Shown: in pieces, positions 39,743 through 49,807 of the stretch
Layout of the letters: each line of letters starts with the position of its first letter
Position numbering within the stretch: position 1 is the first letter of the stretch
Source of the DNA: a virus
Lineage: Duplodnaviria > Caudoviricetes
Direction: 5' to 3' (one strand)
DNA: 64,000 nucleotides
IMG/VR virus record: IMGVR_UViG_3300032167_000039
Program-made: the position numbers and the translations under genes
Notes under the pieces: generated by a model
What the model was told of the DNA's origin: nothing
Database searches by the model: none
The model's input: the letters and a program-made list of their open reading frames with translations, nothing else

Positions 39743-39940
39743 TTACCATCTCATAACAATTTTAACAATATAGTAAGAGTCAATTACTTCACCTTTAGAT
39801 TTCTTTTCCTTTAGGGTTGCGGTATGACTTACTACCTCATACCCCTCTGTTCGAGATTTTTCTTTAAAACTTTCAATAAGTGCCATTGCCTCTTCTTCTG
39901 TGTCAACTCTAATTTCATCAGTTCTTTTCATAATTTCCAT
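39743..39940 (-). CDS. Small hypothetical protein
   Basis: ATG at 39940 after GAGGAGG (track start 39991). Confidence 0.7.
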   Translation of the reverse strand: MEIMKRTDEIRVDTEEEAMALIESFKEKSRTEGYEVVSHTATLKEKKSKGEVIDSYYIVKIVMRW

Positions 39941-39941
39941 A

Positions 39942-40268
39942 TTATATTTCCTCCTCATTTTGTTTCTTATATTCATTAACATACGCCTCAATTATCTCTT
40001 CATTACAAATACTGCCACATATATTCCATGGATAATCAGCACCAGTATTCTCCTTAGCATACTGATGAGACAATGAATACCACGTATCTTGTTCAATTAT
40101 TTGTTTTCCACAAATGGGACAATATCTTATTTTACCTTCTACATTCACTGGAGTGCCATTATATTCAATAAAGTTGGCAATAACAATTTTATTTAATTTA
40201 TTTGGATTTTCTGGCCAGCAAAACCAACATCTTGTGTCATCCGGTGTAGTTATAATATTAATAGGCAT
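39942..40268 (-). CDS. Small Zn-finger-like protein
   Basis: CWFC and CPICG; SD GGAGG. Confidence 0.7.
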   Translation of the reverse strand: MPINIITTPDDTRCWFCWPENPNKLNKIVIANFIEYNGTPVNVEGKIRYCPICGKQIIEQDTWYSLSHQYAKENTGADYPWNICGSICNEEIIEAYVNEYKKQNEEEI

Positions 40269-40280
40269 AATATTTCCTCC

Positions 40281-42077
40281 TTAAAAACCATATTTATCTA
40301 CTTCATTAATTTCAATCTCTTCAATGAAAATTTGAGGGGTTTCTCGTCCTCCCCAAGAATTTACTTTACCCTTGCCCGCAACAGTAATAGAAATTTTATC
40401 ACTATACTGTGCAAATTCATTAATTAAATCCTTGGCTTTAAATTTAATATAAGTAATGTCATTAAATACAAACTTAAGAGTATCTTTATTTGAACCAATA
40501 GTCTGAATCGCAGAAGTATTAATTGTAATATTTTCTGAAATGATGATTGGCTCAGCACAATTCTGTCCATAAAAATCCTTACCACGATTCAAATCAAGTA
40601 TCAAGTCGCTAAGATATGAACAATTTCCATTAACAACGAAATCTGCTTCATAAAAACCTTCATTGAAATTAATATCTGCCAATTCTCTATTGGCATATTC
40701 ATAAAGCTTTGGAACGTCACTCGCTTTAATCGAAAATCCTGCGGCATTAGCATGACCTTCAACATACTCCATATATCCACTCTTAAGCAAAAATTCCTTG
40801 AAGTCCTTAAGTTCAGATTCTCCTCTACCTCTCATTGAACCTTTAAGATATCCATCATTATTAATTCTACCAAGTAATACAGGCTTTTTATGGTCGGCGG
40901 CAACACCCATTGCACAGAGACCAGTTAGAGTATTTGATACATCTAATTCATCTGCATTAAGAATAAGAATTTTATTATCATCAAGACAATCATTTGAAAT
41001 CTGAATATCCAAAAGGTCAAGTGCTTTATCCTTTTCTCTGTTTTGTCTTGCACGAGCATTGGCACAGTTTCTTGCACTTTGTTCTGCTAAAGTTTCCATT
41101 TCTCCCTTATGTCCTCTCTTTGTAGAAGGCACCATTTCATCTCCTTTAATAAATGATTTAAAGAGAATTTCCTTCTCACTCGGAGTTCCTACTCTAATAA
41201 GAGCATTGATGAGGGGCGCAATATAAAATGCGACTTGAATTGGTGTTAGCTTTGCATTGTCCAAAAATGTTTCAGTAAGAGCGTCTGTTGCTAAACCAAA
41301 AATTGAGTAGCCTTGTTGTTTAACAAGCTTTCTTAGTCCAAAATTCTTTAAGTGACTAAAACCATAATCACAGATATATCTATTTTCAAGAGTATTAAGA
41401 TCCATCATATCTCCGCACATTCCTGCAGCAACTAAATCAAGGTAATCATCTGCTCCATTGATGTTGAACTGACTATCGCAGTACTGTAGGAATTTATATA
41501 CTACACCAACACCACTAAGGCTCTTATTAGGATAGTTTTTAGAAAGCTGATTATTAATAACAACAGCATCTTTACTATACTTTTCTGCTTCATGGTGATC
41601 AAGAACTAGAATATCATATCCCATATCTTTAAGAATTTTATGATATTCATAATCATTACTTGAGCTATCTGGAAGAACAATAATATCATAATTCTTTTGC
41701 GGAGTAAGAATATTCATAAGAGTATCAAGACCATGTTCCTTTCCATCGGGAATGTGATAGTCAATTGTAAAATTAGGATACTTTTCTCTAAGATGGTTTT
41801 CCATATAATTAATCATAACAGCAGAAGAAGTAATACCATCAGCATCACTATCGACTACAAAATAAAACTTATTGCCTGCCGCCAAATGCTTAGTAAATAA
41901 ATTATATCCTTCTTCCATGTGATCAAGCTTTAGAGGATCATACATGTTTTCTCTCGTGGGCTTAAAAAACTTTTGATGATATTCATTATCATTTTCAGGA
42001 ATAATTCCTCTATCAATTAGAAGATTTTTCAAAAAATCTTCTTTAATTGTATAAGATGTTGTCTGCATGTACTTCAT
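40281..42077 (-). CDS. recJ: RecJ-like ssDNA exonuclease (DHH family)
   Basis: VDSDADGITS, LDHH, LSGVGVVYKF, GSMRG and GHANAAG motifs. Confidence 0.93.
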   Translation of the reverse strand: MKYMQTTSYTIKEDFLKNLLIDRGIIPENDNEYHQKFFKPTRENMYDPLKLDHMEEGYNLFTKHLAAGNKFYFVVDSDADGITSSAVMINYMENHLREKYPNFTIDYHIPDGKEHGLDTLMNILTPQKNYDIIVLPDSSSNDYEYHKILKDMGYDILVLDHHEAEKYSKDAVVINNQLSKNYPNKSLSGVGVVYKFLQYCDSQFNINGADDYLDLVAAGMCGDMMDLNTLENRYICDYGFSHLKNFGLRKLVKQQGYSIFGLATDALTETFLDNAKLTPIQVAFYIAPLINALIRVGTPSEKEILFKSFIKGDEMVPSTKRGHKGEMETLAEQSARNCANARARQNREKDKALDLLDIQISNDCLDDNKILILNADELDVSNTLTGLCAMGVAADHKKPVLLGRINNDGYLKGSMRGRGESELKDFKEFLLKSGYMEYVEGHANAAGFSIKASDVPKLYEYANRELADINFNEGFYEADFVVNGNCSYLSDLILDLNRGKDFYGQNCAEPIIISENITINTSAIQTIGSNKDTLKFVFNDITYIKFKAKDLINEFAQYSDKISITVAGKGKVNSWGGRETPQIFIEEIEINEVDKYGF

Positions 42078-42078
42078 A

Positions 42079-43146
42079 TTAAATCCAAACTCCTTTTTTC
42101 ATAAGATTTTTAAATGTTTCTGGTCCTTTATCGAAGGGGCTTTCTTTTAGTTCTAATAAATTTTGCGAATCATAAATAAAACCCATTTTACATTTATTTT
42201 TATATCTTTCACAGATACTTTTTAATTTATTAAAATATTTATCTCTTTCTTTCCAAGTCTCTCCTTCTTTATCAAAGGCAATTAGAATTTTTTCTGCACC
42301 CGCTTTGATAAGAAGTTCAACTTGATGACTATGAAGTGTACTGCCGCAACAAGCAGTACAAATATTTTTATCTTTGCCAAACATTGTAGCATATTGCATT
42401 GGTGATTTTTCCGACTCTGCAATAATTGCCATTCTATATTTTTTAATATTATCTTTTACAATATTTAGTCCATAGACATTATACATAAGAGGATGAGAAT
42501 AAATTTTTCCCTCAATCTGTACTGGCATATATTTACCAATTGCAATATCTTCTTCATTGAGGGCGCGGCCACGAATTCCAATGAGGTTATTGTCTACATC
42601 ATAATGAGGAATTATAATTTTATTTTGTTCAATACAATATCTAATATTATATAATCTCATAATTTCTTCGCTTATTCCATCATTTAACCATTCTGGTGTG
42701 GCGGTGAAAGTGTAGATATTTAATAGACTTGGATTTAAAACTTCAAGATTGATTTCTGGTTTATCTATTTTATATCTATCATATTTAGATTCATAAATAG
42801 AATAAAATCCAGTGTCTTTCTTTTTAATTTTACTTCCATTAGCAATCTTTAAAACAATATCTTTATAGAAATTATATTCAATACCTAAAAGCTTATATCT
42901 TCTTTCAAATAAAGTAAAGATATTAAAATTATCTCCACATTCAGTATAACAATGAAATTTCTTATTCTTTTTATAATAATATAATTTCATACTAGCATCT
43001 GCAGGATCGACATTGTGACAAATAGTCTTAAAGACAATATAACTTCCTTTATCAACATATTCATCACTGCCCAATTCAGTGACCAATTCAATGACTCTCT
43101 CTGTAGTTAAATTATTTATTAACTCCTTTAAAGTTAATTCACTCAT
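42079..43146 (-). CDS. DNA primase (DnaG-like)
   Basis: Zn-binding CH..CYTEC, IIIPHYD..IGIRGR, TOPRIM-like AESEKS..AFDKE. Confidence 0.85.
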   Translation of the reverse strand: MSELTLKELINNLTTERVIELVTELGSDEYVDKGSYIVFKTICHNVDPADASMKLYYYKKNKKFHCYTECGDNFNIFTLFERRYKLLGIEYNFYKDIVLKIANGSKIKKKDTGFYSIYESKYDRYKIDKPEINLEVLNPSLLNIYTFTATPEWLNDGISEEIMRLYNIRYCIEQNKIIIPHYDVDNNLIGIRGRALNEEDIAIGKYMPVQIEGKIYSHPLMYNVYGLNIVKDNIKKYRMAIIAESEKSPMQYATMFGKDKNICTACCGSTLHSHQVELLIKAGAEKILIAFDKEGETWKERDKYFNKLKSICERYKNKCKMGFIYDSQNLLELKESPFDKGPETFKNLMKKGVWI

Positions 43147-44831
43147 AATAAGTCACTAATGCTCCTTTCTTTTAATCTTTCTAATCTATCTCCGTCGTCA
43201 CCAAAAGCATTTACTAAACTGCCCAAAATATTCTCTGCATTTGGCTCAATATAGGCTTCAACTTCATCCAATAAAGAACCTGTCACTTCTCCTGTATTAT
43301 ATAGTTTTTCTAATTCCTTTAATGTTCCGTCTTCGTATGCTGTAAAATCTACTATAATAAAATTATCAACAGATTTCATATTTGCTGTTGTGATAAATAA
43401 ATCATGCTTTCTACAAGTACCTAAATCATGAACAGACCAAATACGCACCATATTCCAGCGCCCTCTTCTATTCTTATACACATCAGTGACTAAATTTGGA
43501 GTAAAACCAAAAGATTTTTTGAACTCTGCGACTTGATTAATTTCTTCAACTGACGGTCTCGACATAATGCAAGCAAAGTCTGCCAGATTGACAATGGCTT
43601 TTGAACCTTGTACATTTCTAAAATCTTTAAAGCCACCTTTGGGATCATCATCATTACTCAATTGAGTTGACGTTAGAATAAAGGCGTTTAATTCAACTGC
43701 AAGATTTTTCAATGTTGTTGTAAACATTCGAAGAGCTACGTCTTCTCTGATCTTTAAATCTCTATATTCATCAAGCATTGCAGGAGAAGAGAAGATATAG
43801 TCATAAAAGAAATTTTCAATTCCGTCTTGAAGATTTCTTCTTCTGAAAAGATTTTTAATAATTGAAGAACAAGGATCCGACACTTTCGCATAATTCATAT
43901 TATCTGCATATCTTTCCATAATATCCATTGCAGTTTGAATACGAGGATCGTTTTCATCAAAAGTTCCATAAGTAAAAATATCTTCATTATAACCTGTAAG
44001 ATAAGCCATAATCATTGTATCAATTTCTTCTGTATCTTGCTCTGTCATAACATATAAAACTTTTTCACAACTTCCAGTTGATACCCACTTTCCCACTCTT
44101 GGATCAAATCTAATTGGATAAGCAATATGACAGGCATCCCCCACCATTGAACGAGTCTTACCTACGCCACTACCCGCTGAACGAATATATAACTTACCTT
44201 TTCTGCCGCCACGGGTAATTGTGTTGAAAATTTCTCCCTGAAGCATACAACCAATTTCTGGCTTTTCCTTCCATTCTTTAACTCTTTGTCTAATAGAGTC
44301 TGATGGGCGGCTTTCTTCTGCTATATTATTAAGAACATATCTGTTTTCTATGTTCGCTATTTTCGATTTTAATATATTAACGACATCAACAGCATGCATT
44401 CTTTCAAATCTATTATTTATTTCGGTATATCTTTCATTTAAGATATCTTCGCAATAAATTTCGTCAATGTCGTCTTTTGAAAGTTGAAGCTCTCTAATTA
44501 AATTAAATTTCTTTAATTTATTATAATAATAATTAAAATTACTAACTTCACTTTCAATTTCACAGTCTTGGAGTAAACTCAATCCATTTTCTTTCTCCAT
44601 TAACTGTTTTGCTAAACTATTTTGTTGAAGATAATTATCAACATCTGCCGCATGAATCTTTTCTGCACCATTTACATATAAGTTATAGATTGCAGAAAAA
44701 ATAAATTTATCAAGCTGTTGAGTGAAATCACCAGGTTCAAGAAAATATTTATCTGTTTCACTTAGTAATTCAGGCTTACTCATTAGTCCACCCAAAACTT
44801 GAATAATAGTATGTCTATCTACTTGAATTAT
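43143..44831 (-). CDS. Replicative helicase (DnaB-like), probable non-canonical ATA start
   Basis: Walker A AGSGVGKT, FFYDYI, STQLS, KNRRG. Frame is open 12 codons upstream of the track start (44795), up to SD GGGGTGAG. Confidence 0.85.
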   Translation of the reverse strand: MIQVDRHTIIQVLGGLMSKPELLSETDKYFLEPGDFTQQLDKFIFSAIYNLYVNGAEKIHAADVDNYLQQNSLAKQLMEKENGLSLLQDCEIESEVSNFNYYYNKLKKFNLIRELQLSKDDIDEIYCEDILNERYTEINNRFERMHAVDVVNILKSKIANIENRYVLNNIAEESRPSDSIRQRVKEWKEKPEIGCMLQGEIFNTITRGGRKGKLYIRSAGSGVGKTRSMVGDACHIAYPIRFDPRVGKWVSTGSCEKVLYVMTEQDTEEIDTMIMAYLTGYNEDIFTYGTFDENDPRIQTAMDIMERYADNMNYAKVSDPCSSIIKNLFRRRNLQDGIENFFYDYIFSSPAMLDEYRDLKIREDVALRMFTTTLKNLAVELNAFILTSTQLSNDDDPKGGFKDFRNVQGSKAIVNLADFACIMSRPSVEEINQVAEFKKSFGFTPNLVTDVYKNRRGRWNMVRIWSVHDLGTCRKHDLFITTANMKSVDNFIIVDFTAYEDGTLKELEKLYNTGEVTGSLLDEVEAYIEPNAENILGSLVNAFGDDGDRLERLKERSISDLL

Positions 44832-44844
44832 GGTAACTCACCCC

Positions 44845-45549
44845 TTAGATTGTATCTAAATTAATTTCTTTTTTCTTTTTCTTTTTCCCAATATAATCAG
44901 AGGGAGTATATTTAATTTCTAAACGGTCTTTTTCGAGTTGTCTCTGAATTGCTTCTCCAATTTCCTTTTGCTGTTGTTCAATTTTAGAATAATACATTCT
45001 CGCCTCGTCATAGATAAAAGGAATAATACCAATTGAACCATTGGATTTCTTTGTTGTATTCTTCTTCACTTCATAAAAATATTTCAAAGTCAGCAATTGA
45101 CCTCTGTAAGTCATACCTTGATTTTTAAACTTCATCATCTGAGTGATATTCCAATCACTTACTGGCTTATCTTCGCTTGACTGTCCGAACAGACGATAAA
45201 TATAATACCATAATGCATCTCTGTCGTCATTCATCTGCTTACTTAAAGCAACATTTTCTTCAGATAAATGATTCTTTACTGTCGTTGAAGAGATTCCAAG
45301 ACGGCGAGCAACCTCACTCATATTTTTACATTGTGCATATTCTTGGTTAATCTTTTCAATAAGCTCTGGAGTTACTTTTACTCGTGTCTTTTTCTTTTCT
45401 TCAACTGGGGCGGCATTAATTACAGTTAGATATTTATTAACACTTGCCACAGAGATGTTAAGTCTTCTAGCTACCTCGGCTTTATTTTTCAATTCTTCAT
45501 ATAAAATTGGAATTTGTGAAATTACTTCACTTGATAATTTTACTCCCAT
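44845..45549 (-). CDS. Double HTH DNA-binding protein (possible helicase loader or regulator)
   Basis: Two copies of (A/S)EVARRL(N/G)IS..V; first gene of the helicase-primase-recJ operon. Confidence 0.7.
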   Translation of the reverse strand: MGVKLSSEVISQIPILYEELKNKAEVARRLNISVASVNKYLTVINAAPVEEKKKTRVKVTPELIEKINQEYAQCKNMSEVARRLGISSTTVKNHLSEENVALSKQMNDDRDALWYYIYRLFGQSSEDKPVSDWNITQMMKFKNQGMTYRGQLLTLKYFYEVKKNTTKKSNGSIGIIPFIYDEARMYYSKIEQQQKEIGEAIQRQLEKDRLEIKYTPSDYIGKKKKKKEINLDTI

Positions 45550-45582
45550 CCTATCTCACCTTTCATTTTTATTTCTAATATA

Positions 45583-45611
45583 ATTATATCATAAATTATA
45601 TTAAAAGTCAA
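45583..45611 (-). promoter_or_regulatory. sigmaA-type promoter
   Basis: TTGACT-17-TATAAT with TG. Confidence 0.85.
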
Positions 45612-45654
45612 GAGAAAAGGCTCTACTAAACATGGTTTAATAGAGCCGCAATAT

Positions 45655-46902
45655 TTATATGCCTGAAATAATATCATCGAGGAATTGCGCGGCTTGAGCT
45701 GTTTTACTTCTTTCAGTTGTTACTAACTTAACAGTAGCAAACATCTTTGAATAAATTGGAGATTTACGAAGATTGAGCAATAGCTTAAGTCCATTTTTAT
45801 TTCTAAAAAGCTGACTATCAGATTGCTTAATATCTCCATCAAAGAAGATTCTTGTGCCATCTCCACAACGAGCAATAAGTAACTTAATATGATCTTCAGT
45901 AAGATTTTGGCTTTCATTAACGATTACAATAGAATCAGTAAAACTTCTACCTCTAATAAAGCCCATTGGAACAATTTCGAGCTGATCTATTGCCAACATA
46001 TTTTGAACTTGATCAATACCAACCAAATCAATAAGTGGGCCTATTTGTCCTTCAATTTTTGCCAGAAGTTCTCCAGGCAATGCTCCTAAATCCATAGTAT
46101 TTTCAGTAAAAGCATTATTTGGAACATAAACAATTTTCTTAATATGACCTTTTTCTAATTCTTGAATTGCATAGTTATTAAGAATAAAAGACTTTCCTCG
46201 TCCAAAGCCGCCGCCGGCATAAATAATCGTATTTTCTTTATTGGCAAGGGCATCAAATAAACAAGTTTGTTCTGTATTTCTTGGTACAATACAGTTAATC
46301 CATTGATTACAAATCTTTTTTTCTTTTACTGGTATAAGCTTATTATCCTTACAAATAAACTCGCCCATAACAGTATAATTTTCTTCTCCATGCTTATCAA
46401 TATAAGGATTATTAAGATCCTTAACAATTAAATACTGATTTTCATATAGCTCTAAGCCTTCTGGAATCTCTCCTGTTGTAAATACTTTTTCCAAATCTTC
46501 ATTATAAAGATTTTCATCTGTCTTAATATACCAGTATTCTACGCCAGTATAATCATCTTTATTGCTATATCCTTTAGTTTCAATTCCCTCAATAGTTGCA
46601 CGAACTTTGAGATAAACATCATTTGTTACAAGTGTGCCTCCGCTTTCTTTGGCAATTCTAAGAAGTTGGTCATCAACGGGGATGCCCCACTTCTCACAGT
46701 CTGCTGTAAAATTAATCTTCTCTAAATTTCGAGAGATATATACGGCGGCGCGACGAGCATTAAAAGCAATGTCGTTATTAATGTGCTTCTTTAAGCCATC
46801 AAGTTCTTTAAGCACGCTTGTTGCAATAATTAGTTGATTATTTTTATCTTCAACTACTTGAGGATAATCAAGCAGTACATTTGAGTCAATTATAAGTATC
46901 AT
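45655..46902 (-). CDS. phoH: PIN-domain PhoH-family ATPase
   Basis: PIN motifs IDSNVLL..ELD..DD..TND; Walker A GGFGRGKS, IRGRSF, DGDIKQSD. Confidence 0.9.
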   Translation of the reverse strand: MILIIDSNVLLDYPQVVEDKNNQLIIATSVLKELDGLKKHINNDIAFNARRAAVYISRNLEKINFTADCEKWGIPVDDQLLRIAKESGGTLVTNDVYLKVRATIEGIETKGYSNKDDYTGVEYWYIKTDENLYNEDLEKVFTTGEIPEGLELYENQYLIVKDLNNPYIDKHGEENYTVMGEFICKDNKLIPVKEKKICNQWINCIVPRNTEQTCLFDALANKENTIIYAGGGFGRGKSFILNNYAIQELEKGHIKKIVYVPNNAFTENTMDLGALPGELLAKIEGQIGPLIDLVGIDQVQNMLAIDQLEIVPMGFIRGRSFTDSIVIVNESQNLTEDHIKLLIARCGDGTRIFFDGDIKQSDSQLFRNKNGLKLLLNLRKSPIYSKMFATVKLVTTERSKTAQAAQFLDDIISGI

Positions 46903-46923
46903 AGCGCCTCCTTAAAAACAAAT

Positions 46924-46947
46924 GGGAGAGAAGTTTCCTCCTCTCCC
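46924..46947 (-). terminator. Probable terminator hairpin
   Basis: GGGAGAG..CTCTCCC followed by ATTTGTTTTT on the minus strand. Confidence 0.6.
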
Positions 46948-46953
46948 TTTATA

Positions 46954-47925
46954 TTAAACCAATTCTTTGATTCTTGTTAATGCACGATCAAATTGGTCAA
47001 TCTGGTCTGGAAGAATTTCAGAAAATTTCGTTGGCTTACCAAACTCTTCATTAAGAATTGTAAGAGCCTGTTCTGTTTTTTCCGCTTGAACCACCTTTCC
47101 CCAAACTTGCTTTGCCTCATCCATCATATAGTCAAAATCCTTTACAAGATAAGGATTCTCATCATTTGTAGCTTCTCCGCCACTGTGCTTAACTTCTTCA
47201 TCAACTGCGTCATAAATCGCATTGACAAATTCATTATAATCCAAATGAATTTTTGGTGTAATATATTTAAAACGAGATTTAGAAAGGAATCTTTCATCTC
47301 CTCTGAAGAAGACAAATCTTTCTCTTTCAATGGTGTCTCCCTTTTGAATAGGAATTTCTCGAATGTAACCGATAATATCTACCATCTTATTGATTAACTG
47401 GAATGGACGATTAGGAAGTGCAGGAACGATCTTATTATATTCCTTTCCATTATCATCAGTGTATGGCTTTTCTGTTTCGTGAGAAATAAAGATTAAACCA
47501 TAACCAGCATATGCCAGCTCTCTAAAGGGAGCCATAAAATTATCATCAACAATCTTATAGCCACCACCAAATGCCGCAATATCCTTAACTGTTTCTACAC
47601 CAGCCTGATTGCAAGACCAGCGCTCGCAAAGTTTAAAAGCTTCATCTGCTGTATCAATTACAATGGTATAAAACTTTTCCTTAAGAGCTTCATTTTTTGT
47701 CAGCTGAGAAACAACCTGTCTCATGTCTTGCCAAGTCTTAATTGGCTGAACATAAACGTTGTTCAAAGCATTTGTACCAGCTTCGCATCCAAGAATAAGA
47801 GATTTCTCAAACTTAGATGCAAGTGTAGTTTTACCTACACCTGCCGCGCCATAAAACAAGGAAAACTTACCCTTAAGATTTCTACTAATCTGTTGTGGTT
47901 CAAGTGCCAATAAATCAATTGCCAT
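46954..47925 (-). CDS. AAA_24/Sak4-like ATPase (recombination/annealing)
   Basis: YGAAGVGKTT, IVIDT, LIFISH; adjacent to SSB. Confidence 0.8.
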   Translation of the reverse strand: MAIDLLALEPQQISRNLKGKFSLFYGAAGVGKTTLASKFEKSLILGCEAGTNALNNVYVQPIKTWQDMRQVVSQLTKNEALKEKFYTIVIDTADEAFKLCERWSCNQAGVETVKDIAAFGGGYKIVDDNFMAPFRELAYAGYGLIFISHETEKPYTDDNGKEYNKIVPALPNRPFQLINKMVDIIGYIREIPIQKGDTIERERFVFFRGDERFLSKSRFKYITPKIHLDYNEFVNAIYDAVDEEVKHSGGEATNDENPYLVKDFDYMMDEAKQVWGKVVQAEKTEQALTILNEEFGKPTKFSEILPDQIDQFDRALTRIKELV

Positions 47926-47967
47926 ATTTCTCCCTCCTTTTTACCATTAAGTCTTATATTGGATTAA

Positions 47968-48858
47968 TTAAAATCCAACATTAAAAGACTTATTGGCTGA
48001 AGAGGTTGCAGGCTTCTTTTCTGAAAGCTTATCAATGCGAGTCTGTCTTTCATCAAGAGCAAGTTTAATTGCATCCATGTCGTAAGAAAGCTCTTCATCG
48101 AGACCTGTGGGACTACCACCAGTGATGATAAGTTCACGCTTAGACTCTGTACGAGTACGCTTAATAGGCTCGCCGAATCCCTGTTCCTCAGTCCATGTTT
48201 TAACTGTGTAAGACATATTTACAATACCAGTAAGAGTTACTGTATCACCCTTTTCCCAGTTGTTACGGATGTGATTTACCGCTGTAGGATTCTCTGCAAT
48301 AAGCTGAATAACATCTGCCTTACCAAGATAACCTACTACAATAAACTTAAGAATAAGTCTGCCAGTTTCATTACCATCCTTATCCATCTCATCTCTAATG
48401 TCTCCAACTACACCAGAAAGCTCAAAAGTTGCCTTTTCCTCATCCTCAGGGCCAGCTTTCTTCATAAAATTAGAAGAAATCTGGAAAGCAGTTCTCAACT
48501 GATTTGTAGTCTTATCAAGCCACATATTTTCCTGAAGCTGTCCGCCGTTAATGACAACCTTGGAAGCCTGAGATGGGGTCTCTGCTGCGGCGAGAGAAGT
48601 AAAATCTTCCTTCATCTTAACAATGCCATCATAAACAACATTCTTTCCGCCGTCCTTCTTAAGTCTCATTGAAAACATTCTAATAGGAATAATATTCTCA
48701 ACATGCTTGCCACCAATCTCCTGATCTACCTTAATTGAAGCAGTACCCTGTACATACTCCTTACCTTCTCCCGATACCTTTTCCTCAATATTAAGTTCAT
48801 TAAGTGTACCCATAATTGTAACTCTATTTGTAGACTGTACCTTTTTAATATCCAACAT
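47968..48858 (-). CDS. Single-stranded DNA-binding protein (double OB-fold-like)
   Basis: NRVTIMGTL, KGDTVTLTGIV, TEEQGFGE; located in the replication module next to the Sak4-like gene. Confidence 0.65.
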   Translation of the reverse strand: MLDIKKVQSTNRVTIMGTLNELNIEEKVSGEGKEYVQGTASIKVDQEIGGKHVENIIPIRMFSMRLKKDGGKNVVYDGIVKMKEDFTSLAAAETPSQASKVVINGGQLQENMWLDKTTNQLRTAFQISSNFMKKAGPEDEEKATFELSGVVGDIRDEMDKDGNETGRLILKFIVVGYLGKADVIQLIAENPTAVNHIRNNWEKGDTVTLTGIVNMSYTVKTWTEEQGFGEPIKRTRTESKRELIITGGSPTGLDEELSYDMDAIKLALDERQTRIDKLSEKKPATSSANKSFNVGF

Positions 48859-48925
48859 AAATATATTCCTCCAAAAAACTTTTAATTAATTCATAAATTA
48901 TTCATAAATAATGGGTTAAGAAAAT

Positions 48926-48952
48926 AGTGGGGAGAGACAAGCTCTCTCCACT
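48926..48952 (-). terminator. Terminator hairpin
   Basis: AGTGGAGAGAG..CTCTCCCCACT followed by ATTTTC on the minus strand. Confidence 0.6.
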
Positions 48953-48968
48953 TTATTTCAATTTTGGA

Positions 48969-49262
48969 TTACTCCTCAACATCAGCGTCGGGATCAAATG
49001 CCATACCTGCCTCTGTCAAGCAGAAATAGCTTACTTCCTTAGTCTTTGTCTTGCCGTCCTCAGTCTCAATTTCAACTGTCTCCTTAAAACGCTCAGCATA
49101 ACCCTTCTTAACAAGACCAGTTACAGAACCAGTTACAGAACCAGCCTTCTCAAAGCCGAGAGCCTCCTGAACTTCCTTAGTTGTAAACTTTACGCCAGCA
49201 CCTGCGCTCTTGAGATACTCAAATACCTTTCTGCTTCCTTCAGTCATCTTTGTCTTTGCCAT
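48969..49262 (-). CDS. Small winged-helix DNA-binding protein
   Basis: KVFEYLK..FTTKEVQEALG..SVTGLVKKGY..LTEAG; ATG at 49262 after AAGGAGTG. Confidence 0.75.
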   Translation of the reverse strand: MAKTKMTEGSRKVFEYLKSAGAGVKFTTKEVQEALGFEKAGSVTGSVTGLVKKGYAERFKETVEIETEDGKTKTKEVSYFCLTEAGMAFDPDADVEE

Positions 49263-49344
49263 AATAAAAATCACTCCTTAAAAATTTAAAATATTATTTT
49301 ATATTTAAATAGCAGGTTCTGCTATTTATTAACTTTATGTATTT

Positions 49345-49373
49345 ATTATATCATATCCTTTTACGAAAGTCAA
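49345..49373 (-). promoter_or_regulatory. sigmaA-type promoter
   Basis: TTGACT-17-TATAAT with TG. Confidence 0.85.
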
Positions 49374-49390
49374 ATTTTTAACTTTCAAAC

Positions 49391-49762
49391 TTATTCAGTT
49401 GACTTTGCCATAAGAGTTTTAATTATCGCCTGTGCCTGCTCTACTGCAAGAGTTAAGTTTTTAATCTGGGATTGCCAACTTTCTGCCATATAAACAAAGC
49501 CCAAAGCAACATAATTAACTTCTTCCAATGATAAATTAAAGTCATTATTAATAAGCTTTCTTCTAACAGATTCAAACTTATCTGCATCATCACGAAGTTC
49601 AAGGATAAACTTCTCTAACTTTGCATCAGGAGTTAGTCCCTCCTTAAGCTTACCATTTTCAAAATAATCATCTGTTAGCTTATAAATTTTATCAAGATAA
49701 ACATTGAGCGCGGCGATGGCCGCCTCTCTGTTATCTCTAATTAAGTTAATCTTTTCTATCAT
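49391..49762 (-). CDS. Hypothetical helical protein
   Basis: ORF track; own promoter. Confidence 0.7.
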   Translation of the reverse strand: MIEKINLIRDNREAAIAALNVYLDKIYKLTDDYFENGKLKEGLTPDAKLEKFILELRDDADKFESVRRKLINNDFNLSLEEVNYVALGFVYMAESWQSQIKNLTLAVEQAQAIIKTLMAKSTE

Positions 49763-49774
49763 TTTTCTACCTCT

Positions 49775-49803
49775 ATTATATCGTATTTCAAAGTAAAAGT
49801 CAA
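49775..49803 (-). promoter_or_regulatory. sigmaA-type promoter (very short leader)
   Basis: TTGACT-17-TATAAT; the -10 is only 12 nt from the ATG at 49762. Confidence 0.75.
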
Positions 49804-49807
49804 ATTT

